Shown one piece after another: positions 12,801-26,200 of a stretch of DNA of 64,000 nucleotides. Source of the stretch: Selaginella moellendorffii (Eukaryota > Plantae > Lycopodiophyta). How positions within the stretch are numbered: the first letter of the stretch is position 1; every line of letters begins with the position of its first letter. The DNA is taken from contig NW_003314440.1 of NCBI RefSeq assembly GCF_000143415.4, positions 26,226 through 90,225 of the forward strand. Reading direction: 5' to 3'. The notes beneath the pieces were generated by a model, which worked only from the letters and a program-made list of their open reading frames with translations, was not told the origin of the DNA and ran no database searches. The translations under genes were made by a program, and so were the position numbers.

Positions 12801-14373
12801 GGACTGGCTGAACCAGCCCCTGTTCTTCAACGACCTCTTCAAACTGGATGATAAGACGCTGGGCAGGGAGGACCACTACACAATCTGGAGAAAGCTACAT
12901 AGCGCAGGCTTCCGAACTCTCAAGCAGCTAGTGCGGGTTCTGGACAAGGACAGGAGGAAGACTACAAGGCATATGCAGGTCTTTAACCCAGGACAGTGGA
13001 GGAAAGTCCACCTTGATCTTCTTCGCATTATCAGAGCAGTGAGTGAGGCAAAGCAGGGGCAGCTCTGGCCTAGGCGTTGTCTCAAATCTGGAGACTTTGT
13101 GGCTCTGCAACGGGACGTGGAGCCAGACAGGGAACGAGTTAGCTTGGGGGCCTGGACATGGGCGTTTACGGCCCCAACACTAGCTTGGGAGGACAGGGAT
13201 GTGGAGGTATGGTTCGTTGTGTCTCCAGACCAAAATGTTGGGCGTCCTTTTCGAGTCTTGAGAGGCGACATGCTGTTGCCAGCAGGGGACAAACAGGTCA
13301 TGCCGATGGTGACGGATCACGAGGTCAAGGGTAGGATTCGAGTAATACGACAGGCTCCGAAACAATCGGTGATGGTTCAATCGTTGGCTGCACTAGATTT
13401 GGAAGGCATTCTTAGATGGTGGCGACAGCAGCTCATCGAGGATCTGGATTGGGACCCCGCAACATGGAAGCGAGGAGCGAGGAGCTTCTTCTCCTTCGGC
13501 GTCAAGGAAGCAAGGGATGGTCTCTTGACCAGCAGGGAGGAGGCCCGAGGGGAGATCCCCAAGCTCTGGAAGAAATGGATCGAGCAAGGAGTTGAAGCAA
13601 ATCAGGTGGTGGGCAACACGCTTGCGTTCTGGAAACTACCGGTACAGGAGAAAGTCAAGGCCACCTCTTGGTTGGTGGCAAATAACGGGCTGCCGGTAGG
13701 ACAGCGGTTCCAGGAAGAAGCATGCCGACGGTGCAAGGAGTGTGGTGAGCTGGAGACAGCGCGACATGTCCTATGGGAATGTGACGTGGCGAGAGAAGTT
13801 TGGCGACAGATCTTCAAGGCGACGCAGGAACTCGGAGACATTCTAGAGTTTGAGGCTCGGAGTGGGGATATCCTCCACTGGTTTGAGGGAGCTAGAGGCC
13901 CAGCCATTGGTCCAGCTTGGAGGCGTATTCGCTGCTACGGACGGCACCGATGGAACATGCGAGTCCGGTGGGACGTGACAGGGGCTGAAGTTGGGATGTC
14001 CATCTGGGAGGCGTTGGGCCAAGAGCGCTGGTCCATTTGGAGGGCAACAGGACTGCAGGCACTTTGGGAGGCGCGGAACCACTGTCGCTTTGATGGGCAA
14101 CAAGCGAGAATATCGGCAGTGGTGGTATCATGGTGGAGACTTACTCTTGCAGCAGTGCGTCTTCACTACACCATCCTGAAAGAGCGGGCGAAACCGAGGC
14201 AGCTCGAGGAGTGGAGATCTAGGTGGCTCCCATGCTTCGGCAAATTGGGAGGTGGCGAGATTCACTGGCAATGGCGCCCCCCAGACTCTGTTCTAAGGTC
14301 AGCTCGTGGGGGAGACTTGGACATCGACATGATTCGCTCGAGACGACCACGTCCACTTCTACTCCAGGACTAG
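9871..14373 (+). pseudogene. LINE ORF2: APE endonuclease + reverse transcriptase + C-terminal zinc finger; one in-frame stop at 12253
   Basis: APE motifs WNCRGL, LQE, GDFN, SRLDRIY, SDHDP. RT motifs PGIDG, WRPITMLN, LDFEKAYDRV, RQGCPLAP, FADD. Zinc finger CKECGELETARHVLWEC. Confidence 0.95.
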
Positions 14374-16494
14374 GTCTAGCTGTGGCATATGAGGATCACG
14401 TAGAGTAGCTCATTGAGAGGGCGGCACGCCCATTTTTTGTATTAGTCCCATTGGGACATGGGGAATGTACATACACGTTCAGCGAACTATATCTGTTCTT
14501 GCCCTACATACCAGCAATGTAAGTGCAGAACTGAGAAGCAAGCTGGAAAGTTGCAGTGCATTCCAGCACCGGCATGGCCATTTTAGAGTGTGATACTTGA
14601 TTTCATCACTTGCTTGCCGAAGTCTAAGGGTTATGATACTTTGATGGTGGTTGTGGACCAGTTGTCAAAGATTGCACACTTCATTCCAACTGTGGAAATA
14701 GTGAATGTGAAGCAAGCAGCAAAGCTCTTTTTCCATAAAGTAGTGCGGGTTCGTGGTCTTCCTGAAGAGATGATATCGAATAGAGATTCAAGGTTTATGG
14801 GGAAGTTTTAGGACACACTATTCCAGTTGTTTGGTACCAAGTTGAAGTTTAGTATAACTTATCATCCTCAAACTGATGGGCAAACCGAACGCGTGAATGC
14901 TCAAGTTGAGGATTATCTACAGTACTACGTCACAGCGGACCAATGCTATTGGGTTGATCATTTGGACACAACATAAATTTGTTATAATAACACATTTCAT
15001 AGTGCTATTGGCTATTCTTTATGGGAGATGTTATAAGGGAATGCTTGTGGGGTTCCTTAACAAATTGTTGTACCAAAATCAATATCTAAAATGTTGGTCC
15101 CAACCGTTGAGACTTATGCAGAGCAACCATACCAAAGTTGGTCTAGAGCTACTGAGGCGATGGGTAAAGCTCAAGATAGGTATTGACGTGATATGGATCA
15201 GCATCATTGGGATGTATCCTATCAAGTGGGCGATCAGGTGTGGCTATCTTCCCAGAACTTGAACATCAAAGGAGTTTTGTCTCGGAAGCTATTACCGAGA
15301 TATGTTGGACCCTATCAGGTGTTGAAACGAATTGGTGATGTATCCTTTCGGTTGAATCTTCCTGCGGAGATGTCCAATGTTCATAATGTGTTTCATGCCA
15401 ATCTATTGGCTCCTTATAGTATAGATATTGCATGACACAAAGAGATTCGTCTGCCACTAGACATTGTGGACGGTGAACCAGAATATGAAGTTGAAACTAT
15501 CTTGGATTCTCAATTTTGGAGACGAGCTCATGCGAAGGAATATTTAGTTAGGTGGAAAAGTTACTTGACTTGTGAATCAACTTGGGAACCTCTTAGGAAT
15601 CTTACACATGCTCATGAGCTTGTCATGGAGTATAAGAATTGTAATAAAGACTGGCTTTTCTAAATCTTGTAATAAATCTTGCAAATCAATAAAGTAATAT
15701 ATTTCTGTATATTGAAGTTTCATTTCTCTCATTTGTCAGTACTTGGGTCAGTTTTGGCAGGTTGACTTTGGCCCTTTGGTGCATGGGTTCAATCCATAAC
15801 CATAGGGATAACTATTATAGATTGATCATAAATGCTCTATTTCGTTAAAGTGGGATTTATTCAGTAAAATGGGACTAGGTACAAATTTTCAAGTATTTGA
15901 AAATGACGTGAAATTATATGTTTTTTGTCCAGGGGCTAGACATATCTGGGGCATGGTGACTAGCGCGGTGACTTTATGTCCAGACTGAGTCCATCTGGTT
16001 GTATAATAAATCTCATTGTCAAGGTGAACAAGCCGAATCTGAAGCTAAAGAAGAGCTATGGCATGCGCGCACACACTATTTGTTTGTTCATTGAGCGTGT
16101 GGTGAGCTTTCCAAGATGAACGTCATTCCTATTAGCTAGACATATCACTTAATGGTGAGAACATTTAGATATTATTCAATGTTATCTTTTTCTAACGAAT
16201 CTAATTGTGAAGGTGTAGCAAGAGGCATTGCTAGTCTGGAGAAGTCATTTAACTCATTTGACCACCCTTAGTGTATTTTCATGCAACTAAATAACATTCA
16301 TATTATTAAGGAATTTCTCTAGTACCTTTTTTTTACGACATAGAGGCTTGCATTTCTTTCAAAGGTGATTTAGTAAAAGGCCTGAGGGCACATGCCATTC
16401 TATTTCTCAGACCGGTATTAAGATATACTAGTGCAAAGGGAAAAAGGTATTTGGTGATCAAGTAAATGGCGTGAGGGCACACGCCATTATAAGC

Positions 16495-16752
16495 CTAAGC
16501 ACTAGTGGACACCTCCTTTTTGGTACTCTCAGCGGTACTATCATCCTTCTCCGGGTCAGTTGTTTTGCTTTGGATTGTTGTCTCTGACGTTACTGGGGCG
16601 TTCTCGATAGTTGTTAATGTTGCCGTTTGTTCAGAAAAATAATCACCTGGAGTATAGTACGGGGAGTTTGGAAGACTTATATATTCTACATCTTCACCTA
16701 TCTCCTTCTCCGTCTCCTTTTCTGCCTCACTTACAGATTTTGTGCTTGCCAT
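16495..16752 (-). CDS. Small acidic/Thr-rich low-complexity ORF (85 aa) downstream of the transposase
   Basis: ATG-started part of ORF 16495..16854 (MASTKSVSEAEKETEKEIGED...). No recognisable domain. Confidence 0.3.
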   Translation of the reverse strand: MASTKSVSEAEKETEKEIGEDVEYISLPNSPYYTPGDYFSEQTATLTTIENAPVTSETTIQSKTTDPEKDDSTAESTKKEVSTSA

Positions 16753-16967
16753 GAGAACGCTCTTCACCCTAAAATATGGAGTTCGTTGTGTTATAAAAGG
16801 AAACCAACACACATGCTGCAAGGGAATGATGGTACATAAAGCACGTAAGCCCACAATATGGGTTTATGTGCCATTAATATGGGCCACACGCCATATTATT
16901 AGATTTATGCACATGTGATTGGTAAATGCATATGTCACATCATCTTTGTTTTACCTCACACACTATA

Positions 16968-19900
16968 TCAGGCCTCCTCTGATTCAGATTCGGATTGTTC
17001 ACCTTGAAATAAAATACATTAGAAACTTAGTAAATGAATATTAATGAATCTCACCTTGAACCCGGGTTATGAATGCTCTTGCTGCATCTCTTGCATGGTC
17101 TGGCAAGGTGATGGTGGCACTCTGCTTCCGCATCCAACCATGCACAACATTATCCACCGATATGCTCATGCTGGGATCCCTTGGATTCAGCACCCATCTC
17201 TTTTCTAGGCAATCCTTCGTATATCCGGAACTTGGCTTGAACCACTCCACAGTTATATTGAAGGAGTTAGTTTCCGTGTCCTCCTCTGCATCAGTGATGC
17301 AGCGCCCCACCCATATCATTTGTTTTTTATTACTGGGTCTGACAAGCACGACCATTCCTTTGCAGACCTGTACTGGATTGAATGCTGAATCCGGCTTCTT
17401 GTTCCTCGGCCCACAATAGTGATCCTCAACATCGTTATCTGTCACTGCATTTCCAAAGGACATTGTTCCGCTACTATCTGGTGCTCTGGGTTCTGGCCAA
17501 AAGGACTCTTCCAATTCTTCATATACAACCGGCCCATTTTGGATAGCAGATATAATTTTCTCCCAGTATTCGAGCAAAGGCTTGCACCTCTGAAAATAGG
17601 ATTCTCCACCAAACACCAACCCCCTCTTCCAGAAGGCAATATGCTGTCTAATCCCGGCCACTATACTTTCCTGGTCTTTGAGTCCATCCGGGTGCATCGG
17701 CCGTGGGGAACCCTGAGGAATCATAGGTTCCCCAGTTATGGGATCTCTCTTGAAGAGTTCAATGCCGTCCACTGGCAGCCACACTGTGTCCCATTCTCTC
17801 ATCTTGTACCTCATCACTGGAGCACCCGTCACACATGCTGAAATGAAACTGAAGAGGCTTGGAGTGGCCAATCAGCGTTTCGGATCCGTCCCTGATATAG
17901 CCTCTTACAAACTCCTTAAAGTCTAGAACCTCTGTCAGAAGTGCAGCTTCAACAGTGCCTTTGATGCAATTTTGGAATTCATCGTAGAGTTGTGGGAGGG
18001 TGAGGACATTGGATCGCCGGAGGGACTCTGCCAGGTGACTGAACATGGCATCGACGTCTTCATGAGTGTGCCCAACCATGAGAAAGCCAAGTGTAACCGT
18101 TTCAAATATGCCTTTGGCAACAAGCATCACCAAGTACGCGAAGACGTACATGTTTTTGTTCTCACTGCCAGCATTGTCTGTTTGGAGCAGAAGATGGGGT
18201 GGAAGGCCATATCGGCCGCAAGAACTTCCTTGAGATTCTGCTTCGTTTGGATGAGGCTGTGCATTCGCCGGGTGACCAGCCTCGTCGGAATGGCATGAGG
18301 CCTCACGTGATAACCCTACAATCTGACGGCCAACATATTCACTGGGATGGCATGGGGCCCCACGCGATACTGCAAGCCTTTGCTCCTCCTCCAGCTGAAC
18401 CCTGTATGGGGTTCGATCGACAAGGGCCTTATGCAAGGGTTGGCTGTTCAGCTCAGTCTGCGCACTTTGCAGAGACCTTAAGTGTTTTGCTAGGGACGCA
18501 ATCATCATGTTTGCACCCCCGCCACCCCATAGAGGTACAAAGAAGTTCCCATAGTTCTGGGCACCATGCCCATGAGCGATTATGCCAAACAGAGACACAG
18601 GTAGCTGCATGGATGAAGAGATTGCCTTGGGGGCAGGATTGAGTCAAGGTAAGCATGTCTTTTTCTGGTCCATTTTGTCGTGGATGATGCAGAGGTAAGA
18701 GTCAGGTCTCTCCATGGAGAGAATCCTGTTATGATAATATGCAGTCCTGCAGCTTCTCTGCTCGATGTTGTGGTCGAGCCGCCTTCTAACCAACGTCTCT
18801 CGCTCTTGAGCGCTGCAAGAATTCTTCGACAAAGCCATTTTGATAGCAGTGCACTCGTCACACTTTGAAAAGCTGGAGTACTTTCCTATACTCACATCTC
18901 TGAACCTGTTGCTCCACAATCTACTAAATCTAGATTGGCTCAACTTCCTGTAGCCATTACTCTGGAGTTCCTGATTCACATCTTCCAATATGGCCCCCTT
19001 GGTATACATGGAAGGGAGAACTCGTTGGGTGTCTCGTGTTCCATCTTCCAAGAGGCGGGTTTTATGTGGTTGCTGCTCGCTACATGTCTCGACAAACCTC
19101 TTGAAGATTGCCTCTCCATATACAACATGACCCCTGGTTTTGTGCGTACCGTCGTTCCCATGGATTGCCTGTTGAACCCTTTGTTCCTCGAACTCAGTTT
19201 TGATTCTGTAGAATGTGGTTCGAGGGACTCCATAAATGATTCTCCATGCCTTCATGCAGACCAAACCCCTCTGGAAGACCATGCCCCCCACCTGATGTTC
19301 TGAAGCATCAACAGATGACCGTAATGCCTCATACACAAAATTGCGAGCTGCCTTCCAGGACAATGTCTTGTATCTTGCTCTCTCCTCTTCAATAGCATCC
19401 CAATCAGCATGTTGACAGCACCTCCTCTTGCAACAAGCAACTGTCAAGACCATTCAAACCTCTATCGCCATTTTCTGCCTTTTTGGTTCATTGCTCAGAT
19501 CCCTTTGGCTATGCTTTAGGAAGGTGTACTTTCTTTTCCCATGAAGAAATGTTCTGTCATCAGTTGTAGTGGTGTTTGATTGTGAATCCTTCACATTCTC
19601 AAACACTAAGTGCCTCAATTTCCACCGCACAATGCTTCCAATAGTCAGATTGTTTTCTTCTGTGTCAACAACCTCTAAAATCGCAACTCCAATATCATCC
19701 CAGCCCAATTCTTGATTAGCAACCGCATCTCTTGGATTGACAACTGTGGCTAAGCCCTCAGCTACCACCTCCCCCTCGGGGTTGTTTAGAAACACCTTCG
19801 CCTGAATCCATGTAGCACGGTTCTTAAGATCCACGGAGGGAACATGCGTCGCACTTGCGCTGTCCCCAACATCTGCTTTCTTCTGAAGATTTTTCAAGGC

Positions 19901-20110
19901 AACAACAACATTTACCCCGACGACCATCTCTCCTCGTTCAATAGCGACCACATTCCCATCGAAGACAGTCTCTACTGATACAGCAGCATTGCCTTCCCCA
20001 AGCCTTTGACAGTGTATAACAAAGTTCCGATCCATAGACACAAGGGTCCCTTTTGCAACTCTCTTCCCACCATTCAAAATGTAAATCTTTTCCCCAACCC
20101 TGAAGGCCAT
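16968..20110 (-). pseudogene. Putative DDD transposase (Sola2/DUF7869-like) with two N-terminal En/Spm Tnp1-like (DUF8039-like) repeats and a C-terminal beta-barrel
   Basis: ORFs 19454..20110, 18644..19453, 17759..18610 and 17041..17871 join via two in-frame TGA stops (probable CGA>TGA) and one frameshift. Motifs CCKRRC, VCMKAW, FSKCDEC, IIHDKMDQ, LQTDNAGSENKN, FLMVGHTHEDVDAMFS. A last GT-AG intron at 17003-17054 gives ...QGEQSESESEEA*. Confidence 0.75.
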
Positions 20111-20476
20111 TCTGAAAGTGCAGAAAAGAAGTTAAGACCATACAAAAAATGATTGGAGAATGGCCTAAATCATAACATACCAAACAACCTCAATAGCATG
20201 AGGCCACATGCCATTATTCAAACATGCTATTGACACCCACGTGAAATTTTGCATTCACAAAATTGGCATGAGGCCTCATGCCATCTTGATATACACACAA
20301 CTACAGGCAAGTAAAAACATACATGACAATACGCTAGCCATGAAATTGCAAGGGCCCAAGATGGCATGTGGCCTCATGCCATTTCTAAATGTGGTCCTAA
20401 GCCATTCCATGGTGAACATACCAGGAAGCACAAGTGCCGAATATCAAGAGGAAGCGGTAGCCACACCAAAGACAGT

Positions 20477-20600
20477 GCCGCTCGCAACACCGCAACTACT
20501 CGTAGCGCCGCTCGCAACACCGCAACTGCTCGTAGCGCTGCTCGCACAAACTGCCACTCGCATAAACTGCCGCTTGCAATGGCGCTCGCAATGTCGCAAC
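20477..20600. repeat. ~30-bp CG-rich tandem repeat (GCCGCTCGCAACACCGCAACTRCTCGTAGC) upstream of the transposase
   Basis: Two to three copies visible directly. Confidence 0.7.
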
Positions 20601-20969
20601 CGCTTGTAGACGCATAAACCACAGCCCACAACGCCGCTTACACAAGCAGCGCTCACTGCGCTCAGCGGAACCAAGAACACGGCGCACAAAAATGATAGAC
20701 CTAGGAATGAGTTCAAGAATTCAAAAATAACACACGCTTGAATGTCATATCAAATCCTCTGACAAACCAAATCTTATGACTCCTCTGACAAATTTCAAAC
20801 TGAGTAGCTTCTAGACTTTGCTGTTGGAGGTTGAACTTTGTCACATCATGTCCTTGCCTCGATCCAGCTGTGCCATGTCAGTGATTCGAACTTTGCCATG
20901 CCATGTCAGCGATCCGCGCCAAGATTATTCGCCGTGTAAAGGAATAATTATGCTGTGTGTGTACGTCCA

Positions 20970-22340
20970 TTTATGGCAATATAAGGCCACACGCCATTCA
21001 AAGAATAATGCTAGTCGAGCATTTTTTAGTGCATTTTTGGGTTCAAAATTGCATGAGCCCACACGCTATAAAGTTTACCTGTACCAAAAATAGAAACAGC
21101 TTTATTTACTTGGGAATTTAAGTGGTTGAGGCATTTTTAAACTTACAAACACATGCCCTACTTACATTCCTTTGGTTGCTTAAAATTCAAAAATATTATA
21201 AACCTTTCTTTTTGCATTTTCAATGTTTTCAATTATGGTTTTTGATTTTCGCAGGACCAGCCTAGTAATCTATTTGCATCCCGTCATGTTTATAGCTAGC
21301 TTTCGTTTGTCCCCTTCGCTAGCCTGAGATACATCTGCTCGGCATCTGCCTCTTACAGCATTTGCCCAGAAAGGGCATCTTTCTTCACGCAGCATTTGCC
21401 ACATGTTTAGGGTTTAGGGTTTAGGGTTTAGGGTTTAGCAATTCAGTAGCTTGATAAACATGCAAATACAGAACTTGATGCAAAATCCTTTGATATGTCA
21501 CAATGCCCCTAGGACCATAAACACATTTCAATAGAGAGGGTCCTTTCATTTCATAACTCCTTACGTAGATCTTGGTGAAACCAGAGTTAGTGAAGTTAGT
21601 TTCTTGTGATCCCGCATCTGATTGTGATGTCCCTTTGCAGTGTCGATGGAAAGGTCAATGCACACCAAACTGTAAAATCTTGGAGCAAAATAACGGTCGG
21701 ATCTATGGCAAATGCCCCTGAAACATTGTAAGGCTCGTGTGGTCTCATGTGGTGTCCGATCGAGATGCATCTTTGCAGGGTCATCAAGAAAGACATTGTA
21801 TACCATTTTGTAAAATCTAGTTGCGATCTAACGGTTGGATCTCCAGAAAACTCAAAAAAATCTCGCGCGTGTCAGAATATCCTAAGAATATACTCCTATG
21901 TGCCCCTGAAAATGGCATGCGGCCCCACGCCATTCAAGAGATAACGCCAGATGACGCTGAGAATTTTTTAGTGCATTTTTTGGGTTCAAAATTGCATGAG
22001 CCCACACGCTATAAAGTTTATCTTTGCCAAATAGAGAAAAGTTTATTTGTGTCATGTGAGGTAGTTACAGTCCTTTGTGCTCGGCATCTGCCTCTTGCAG
22101 CATTTGCACTGAAAGGGAAGTTTTCTCCATTCAGCATTTGGCCCTGAAAATGGCATGCGCCCACACGCCATTCAAGGAATAACGCCACAGGACGCCTGGA
22201 TTTTTGGGTTTAAAATGTTTAGGGTTTTTTGGGTTTTTTCAAAATATTTTGGGTCCAACGTTTTTTGGGTTTCTTTGGTTCAAAATTGCATGAGCCCACA
22301 CGCTATAATATTGATTTGAGAGAAAAATAGAAACAGATAG
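20970..22340. repeat. Dispersed ~130-190-bp direct repeats in the spacer between the divergent genes, each with two palindrome copies
   Basis: The block ...CACGCCATTCAA...GGTTCAAAATTGCATGAGCCCACACGCTATAA... recurs at ~20975, ~21910 and ~22150. GCTCGGCATCTGCCTCTT...AGCATTTG recurs at ~21338 and ~22079. Confidence 0.8.
21406..21438 (+). repeat. Interstitial plant telomeric repeat (TTTAGGG)4 + TTTAG
   Basis: Perfect repeat read directly. Confidence 0.9.
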
Positions 22341-23263
22341 AATTTCTTTATTTAGCTGAACATCTGGCATTTTTGGAAATACAAGATGCTTTGGAATATC
22401 CAATCATGCATGGTATAAATATAGCGAGGGTATTAAATGATATCCCAATCATGATCTTTCTTTTGGATTTCGCGTGCATGCAGTCCGAGGAATGATGACG
22501 TTGCAGATTTCTTTTGGATTTTGCGTGCTTGCATGCGCGCGGCAATCCAGAAATTAATGGTGGCGCCCAAGTCCGAGGAATGATGACGTGGCGGGATTAC
22601 CAACCGTTGTGACATTTCGCGCGTGTGAGGTTAGGTTTTGCATTTTGCTTCGTACTCGCGCTTGCGCTCGCATCACACTCGCGCTCCCACTCGCATCGCG
22701 CTCCCACTCGCGATCACGCTCACTTCTCTACAGGTTTCTCGTGTGCATCGGCGTCCACTCGCGCTTGCATCACACTCGCGCTCGCATCGCGCTCGTGTGC
22801 ATCGGCGTCCACTTCAAGACACACCCAGTTTGTAACTTCACCGCCAACTCCGCCGCCCACTCCGCCACCCACACGCAGCCCACTTGGCGTCCCGGGAGAT
22901 TTCAGCGCCACTCTCCAACTGTAAGTGGCAGAGTAGCCTTGCTGCTACGATCCGCTGCACACACAGTGCACATTCGCCAGCGAGTCCGGCCTTGATTGTC
23001 ACGGCCTCCATTCGGCTTCAAATTGTAAGTCTTTTAGGCCAAGTAGAAAATGGCATGAGGCCACATGCCATTCAGTAGCAACATTGGCATGCACCGATTG
23101 GGCTCTCGAGTGCAGTCCGGTTACAGATGGCGTGTAGCCTCACGCCATCTTAGGATGCAGCCTCAAGACATCTGATGCAGTGGTGAATGGCGTGTGGCCT
23201 CACGTTATTTCCAGCTGCTAGCTTTTCATCTGTCAGCTCTAATTGTTGTGCATTTCTGAACAG

Positions 23264-26200
23264 GCGAGGAATTGCGTTCTTCTTCCAGCCACTGTCAATG
23301 TGGATGCAAAGAAGGGGGAGGAGCTCACCAGTTGGACTTTCGGGATGGAAGGCGAGGATCTGAGGCTGTACAACACAGATGGTGGGAGAAAAGAATGCAT
23401 GGGGATCCTCATCCAAGTGACAGACACTCCATGCAGTTCCATGCAAGAATATGGACTGGCACTTGTGGTAGAGACAGCGTCCGCCTTCAAGATCCACCTT
23501 GCACATCCTAGCGGCTTCCCGAAGGGGGGCAGCGGCTATGAGGAATTCCTAGAGGGAGCTAGGGAGAGGTTGTCCAGGAGGCCCACAATTTCAAAGATGC
23601 TGTGGGTCTATGAAGATCACATGGAATCCACGGACCTCACCTACAGCGATGTTCAAAAACTATATTCCAACATTGAGCCGTTGAGAGTGCCTCCAGTTCG
23701 CGAAGCGAAGGGGAAGGGGGTCGATCTGGAAACTACCCCGAAGCAGAAAAGGGTGGTCAAGCTCAAGCCGACGTCCGACTCTGCTGCTCCAAAAAAGAAG
23801 CTACTCGGTGATGTCATTGCCTCGGGTTCGAACACTACACCCACCAAAAAGAAGAGCCGCAAAGAGCAGAAAGAGCAAGAAGAGGCAGCAAAAATCGTCA
23901 CAGATAATAGTACTTGTTACTATTCCAACAAAGTATATACAATCGACGTGAGCCGTATCGACATCCAAAGCAAATACAACCACAGGCTAGTATCTGATGA
24001 GTGGGTGGAGAAACTGAAGCAGAAGATGCTGGCAAGTCTAGTAACACCCGACATCGCAGACATGATCCCCTACTACCAAACAATGAAGGGCGAGACGAGG
24101 TTTCCAAACTTGATCAATAGGAAGGTGTTGGACGATCAGAACATCCGATTCTATGCCGTCTCCGGGCAGCATTCTAGCTTGGCGATGCAAGAGATAGTTC
24201 TGGATATTATGGTGGGCGAGGAGGTGAAGAAAGTCTTCAAGACAAGAGTTGTCCGCCTGATAAAAGGCAACTCGCCCCTCCGATCTATCATATCCATCTC
24301 CCACGCGCAGAATGTCAAGCAAGAAACGTGCTACAAATCGGGTCTGCACGAGACATTGGCACGAACACAGAAGCTCTGAGTTCAACTGAAGAAGCCAAAA
24401 AAACCAGGACAAGGACGTGCACTAGCAACTAGTGCCTGGCAGGTAAGCCTCGTTGCATGTGGCATAGCATGTGGCCTCACGCCATTTCCATTGCAGGAAT
24501 TCTCGAGTCTTCTCTCGAAAACACTGGGGGTCAATGACACACTTAGCATCCATAACATTCTACTCGCGACAAAAGTTGTTTTTGACAAATGGGTAGATGT
24601 GCTGAGAAGGTACCATGACGGGGAGTTGCTAAACTCAATGGGTGTGGAGGACGGCCGGAAGCCCAATGATTTGAAGCTCAACGCCTTGCGTTTCTCGCGG
24701 TCTCTAGACGACGACGACCTTCTGACAGTGGCTAATGCTCTTCTACGTGGTGAGGTAGTCTTCAACAAGACCAAAATGACTCCCGGCCATATTGTGACAT
24801 ACGAGGACTTGTGCACGACTCTGAGAGCTCGTGCGCTATTGAAGGATTGGATCTTCGAGCAAGTGGCCGTGGAGAGGGTGAGCATCGACACCACGCAAGA
24901 GATGATGGAAGAGCTGGAGTTGTCAAATGAAGACATCGACGAGTATGTGAAGGGGGCCCCCAAGTTAATCGATCTGCTGCGGGATGCCACGAAAAGTAAA
25001 GCTGAGAAGTTGGATCAGTATCCAAATTTCATTAAGAGGGATGTCGACCGCCGGCTTCAGAAACAGCTCGACCCCGCAGCAGAGGCCTATCGAGAACCTT
25101 ACCGGGTATACGTGAATTCGGATGAGGATCAAAGGTGGAGGAGCATCGTTTCCCGCGGAGATGAGCAGGTCAAGAACATCTTTTGTGTGATGGACTTCAC
25201 AAACGAGGAGATCACTCATGCAGACGAAGTCAACTCCATCATTGACTTAATGGTGGGACTTGCGGAGGTGGAATCTTCAGTCCACTATATGATCTACGAC
25301 TCCGAATCCTATCACAAGTTCTGGAAGGCCTTGAACGAGGTGAAGGCTCGGTTGAAAGGCAAGGAGATGCAGGAGATCCATGGGATAATGGCTAAGAAGA
25401 AGATACCGACGAATGTCCGCATCTTCACACTCGCCCTTGTTATTGGTCCTGCAGCAGAGTGGGACTGGAGTGACTTCCCAACTTCGTTCGACAAGGCCGA
25501 TCGAATTAATCTGAGGGAGGTCAATTTACCCGTGCCTGAGGAACTGAAGACGATTATGGAGCTTTCGAATCCAGAGAAAGCTCCAGGTGTAGCATGGGAA
25601 ATGCTCAACTGGGTCTTCAACGCAATAGCGGGTGACACCAAGGGCAAATGCGTTGTCGAGTACAACTGCGGCGGACTATTCTTTCGAGCCGCACTACTCA
25701 AGGGTGTCCCGTGTGTTGCGGTGACAAACTCCATTGAAGAGGTGACTTCAATGGAGCATATAATTACAGTTGCCAAAGAAAAACAGTATCTTCTCTGCGA
25801 ACCTGGTGAGTACGCACTTTAAGTTTAAATGTTATCTCACAAGCTCTGTATGCAGGAGCGTGGCCACCCCCAGATGCTAAAACGGCGTTAACAGCTACTG
25901 ATGTTAGGCCGAGCTCACAACCTGCACAAGGTAAGGTCACGTGAGGCCTCACACCATTTTGATTATAGATCGTTGTGAATATTCAGACACGAGGACTGAA
26001 AAGCGCACTGGTGGCGCGTCGAAGAAGGACAAACAGACAAGCAATAGGAAAAAAGGAGGTACAAATTATATTTGCAATGGCGTGTGGTCTCATGCCATTC
26101 CTTGCAGGAGACACTTCTTCAAAGGCAAAACAGGCAAGCACCAGCCAAGCTCAAACTGACAGTGGTCATAAAAAGCGAAAGCACGTTGGACAGTCGTCGG

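Larger units (their letters stand above)
6371..14481 (+). mobile_element. L1-clade non-LTR retrotransposon (LINE), near full length, ~8.1 kb
   Basis: ORF1 + ORF2 architecture, flanked by a 16-bp TSD GCGAACTATATCTGTT (6355-6370 and 14482-14497) whose removal restores the host integrase frame. Confidence 0.93.
5552..15663 (+). mobile_element. Older, heavily decayed Gypsy (chromovirus) pol fragment, split by a LINE insertion
   Basis: 5552-6370 encodes RNase H (FEVHCDASGYA) and the integrase Zn-finger start (HDVPAAGHGG). After the LINE the frame resumes (CSCPTYQQCK, DFITCLP, HPQTDGQTER, RYVGPY) and ends in a chromodomain at 15466..15663. Confidence 0.85.

Noticed and set aside
24491-25805. Active DNA methyltransferase call
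   Set aside because: Catalytic (D/S)PPY and FxGxG motifs are degenerate, so only a fold-level resemblance is claimed.
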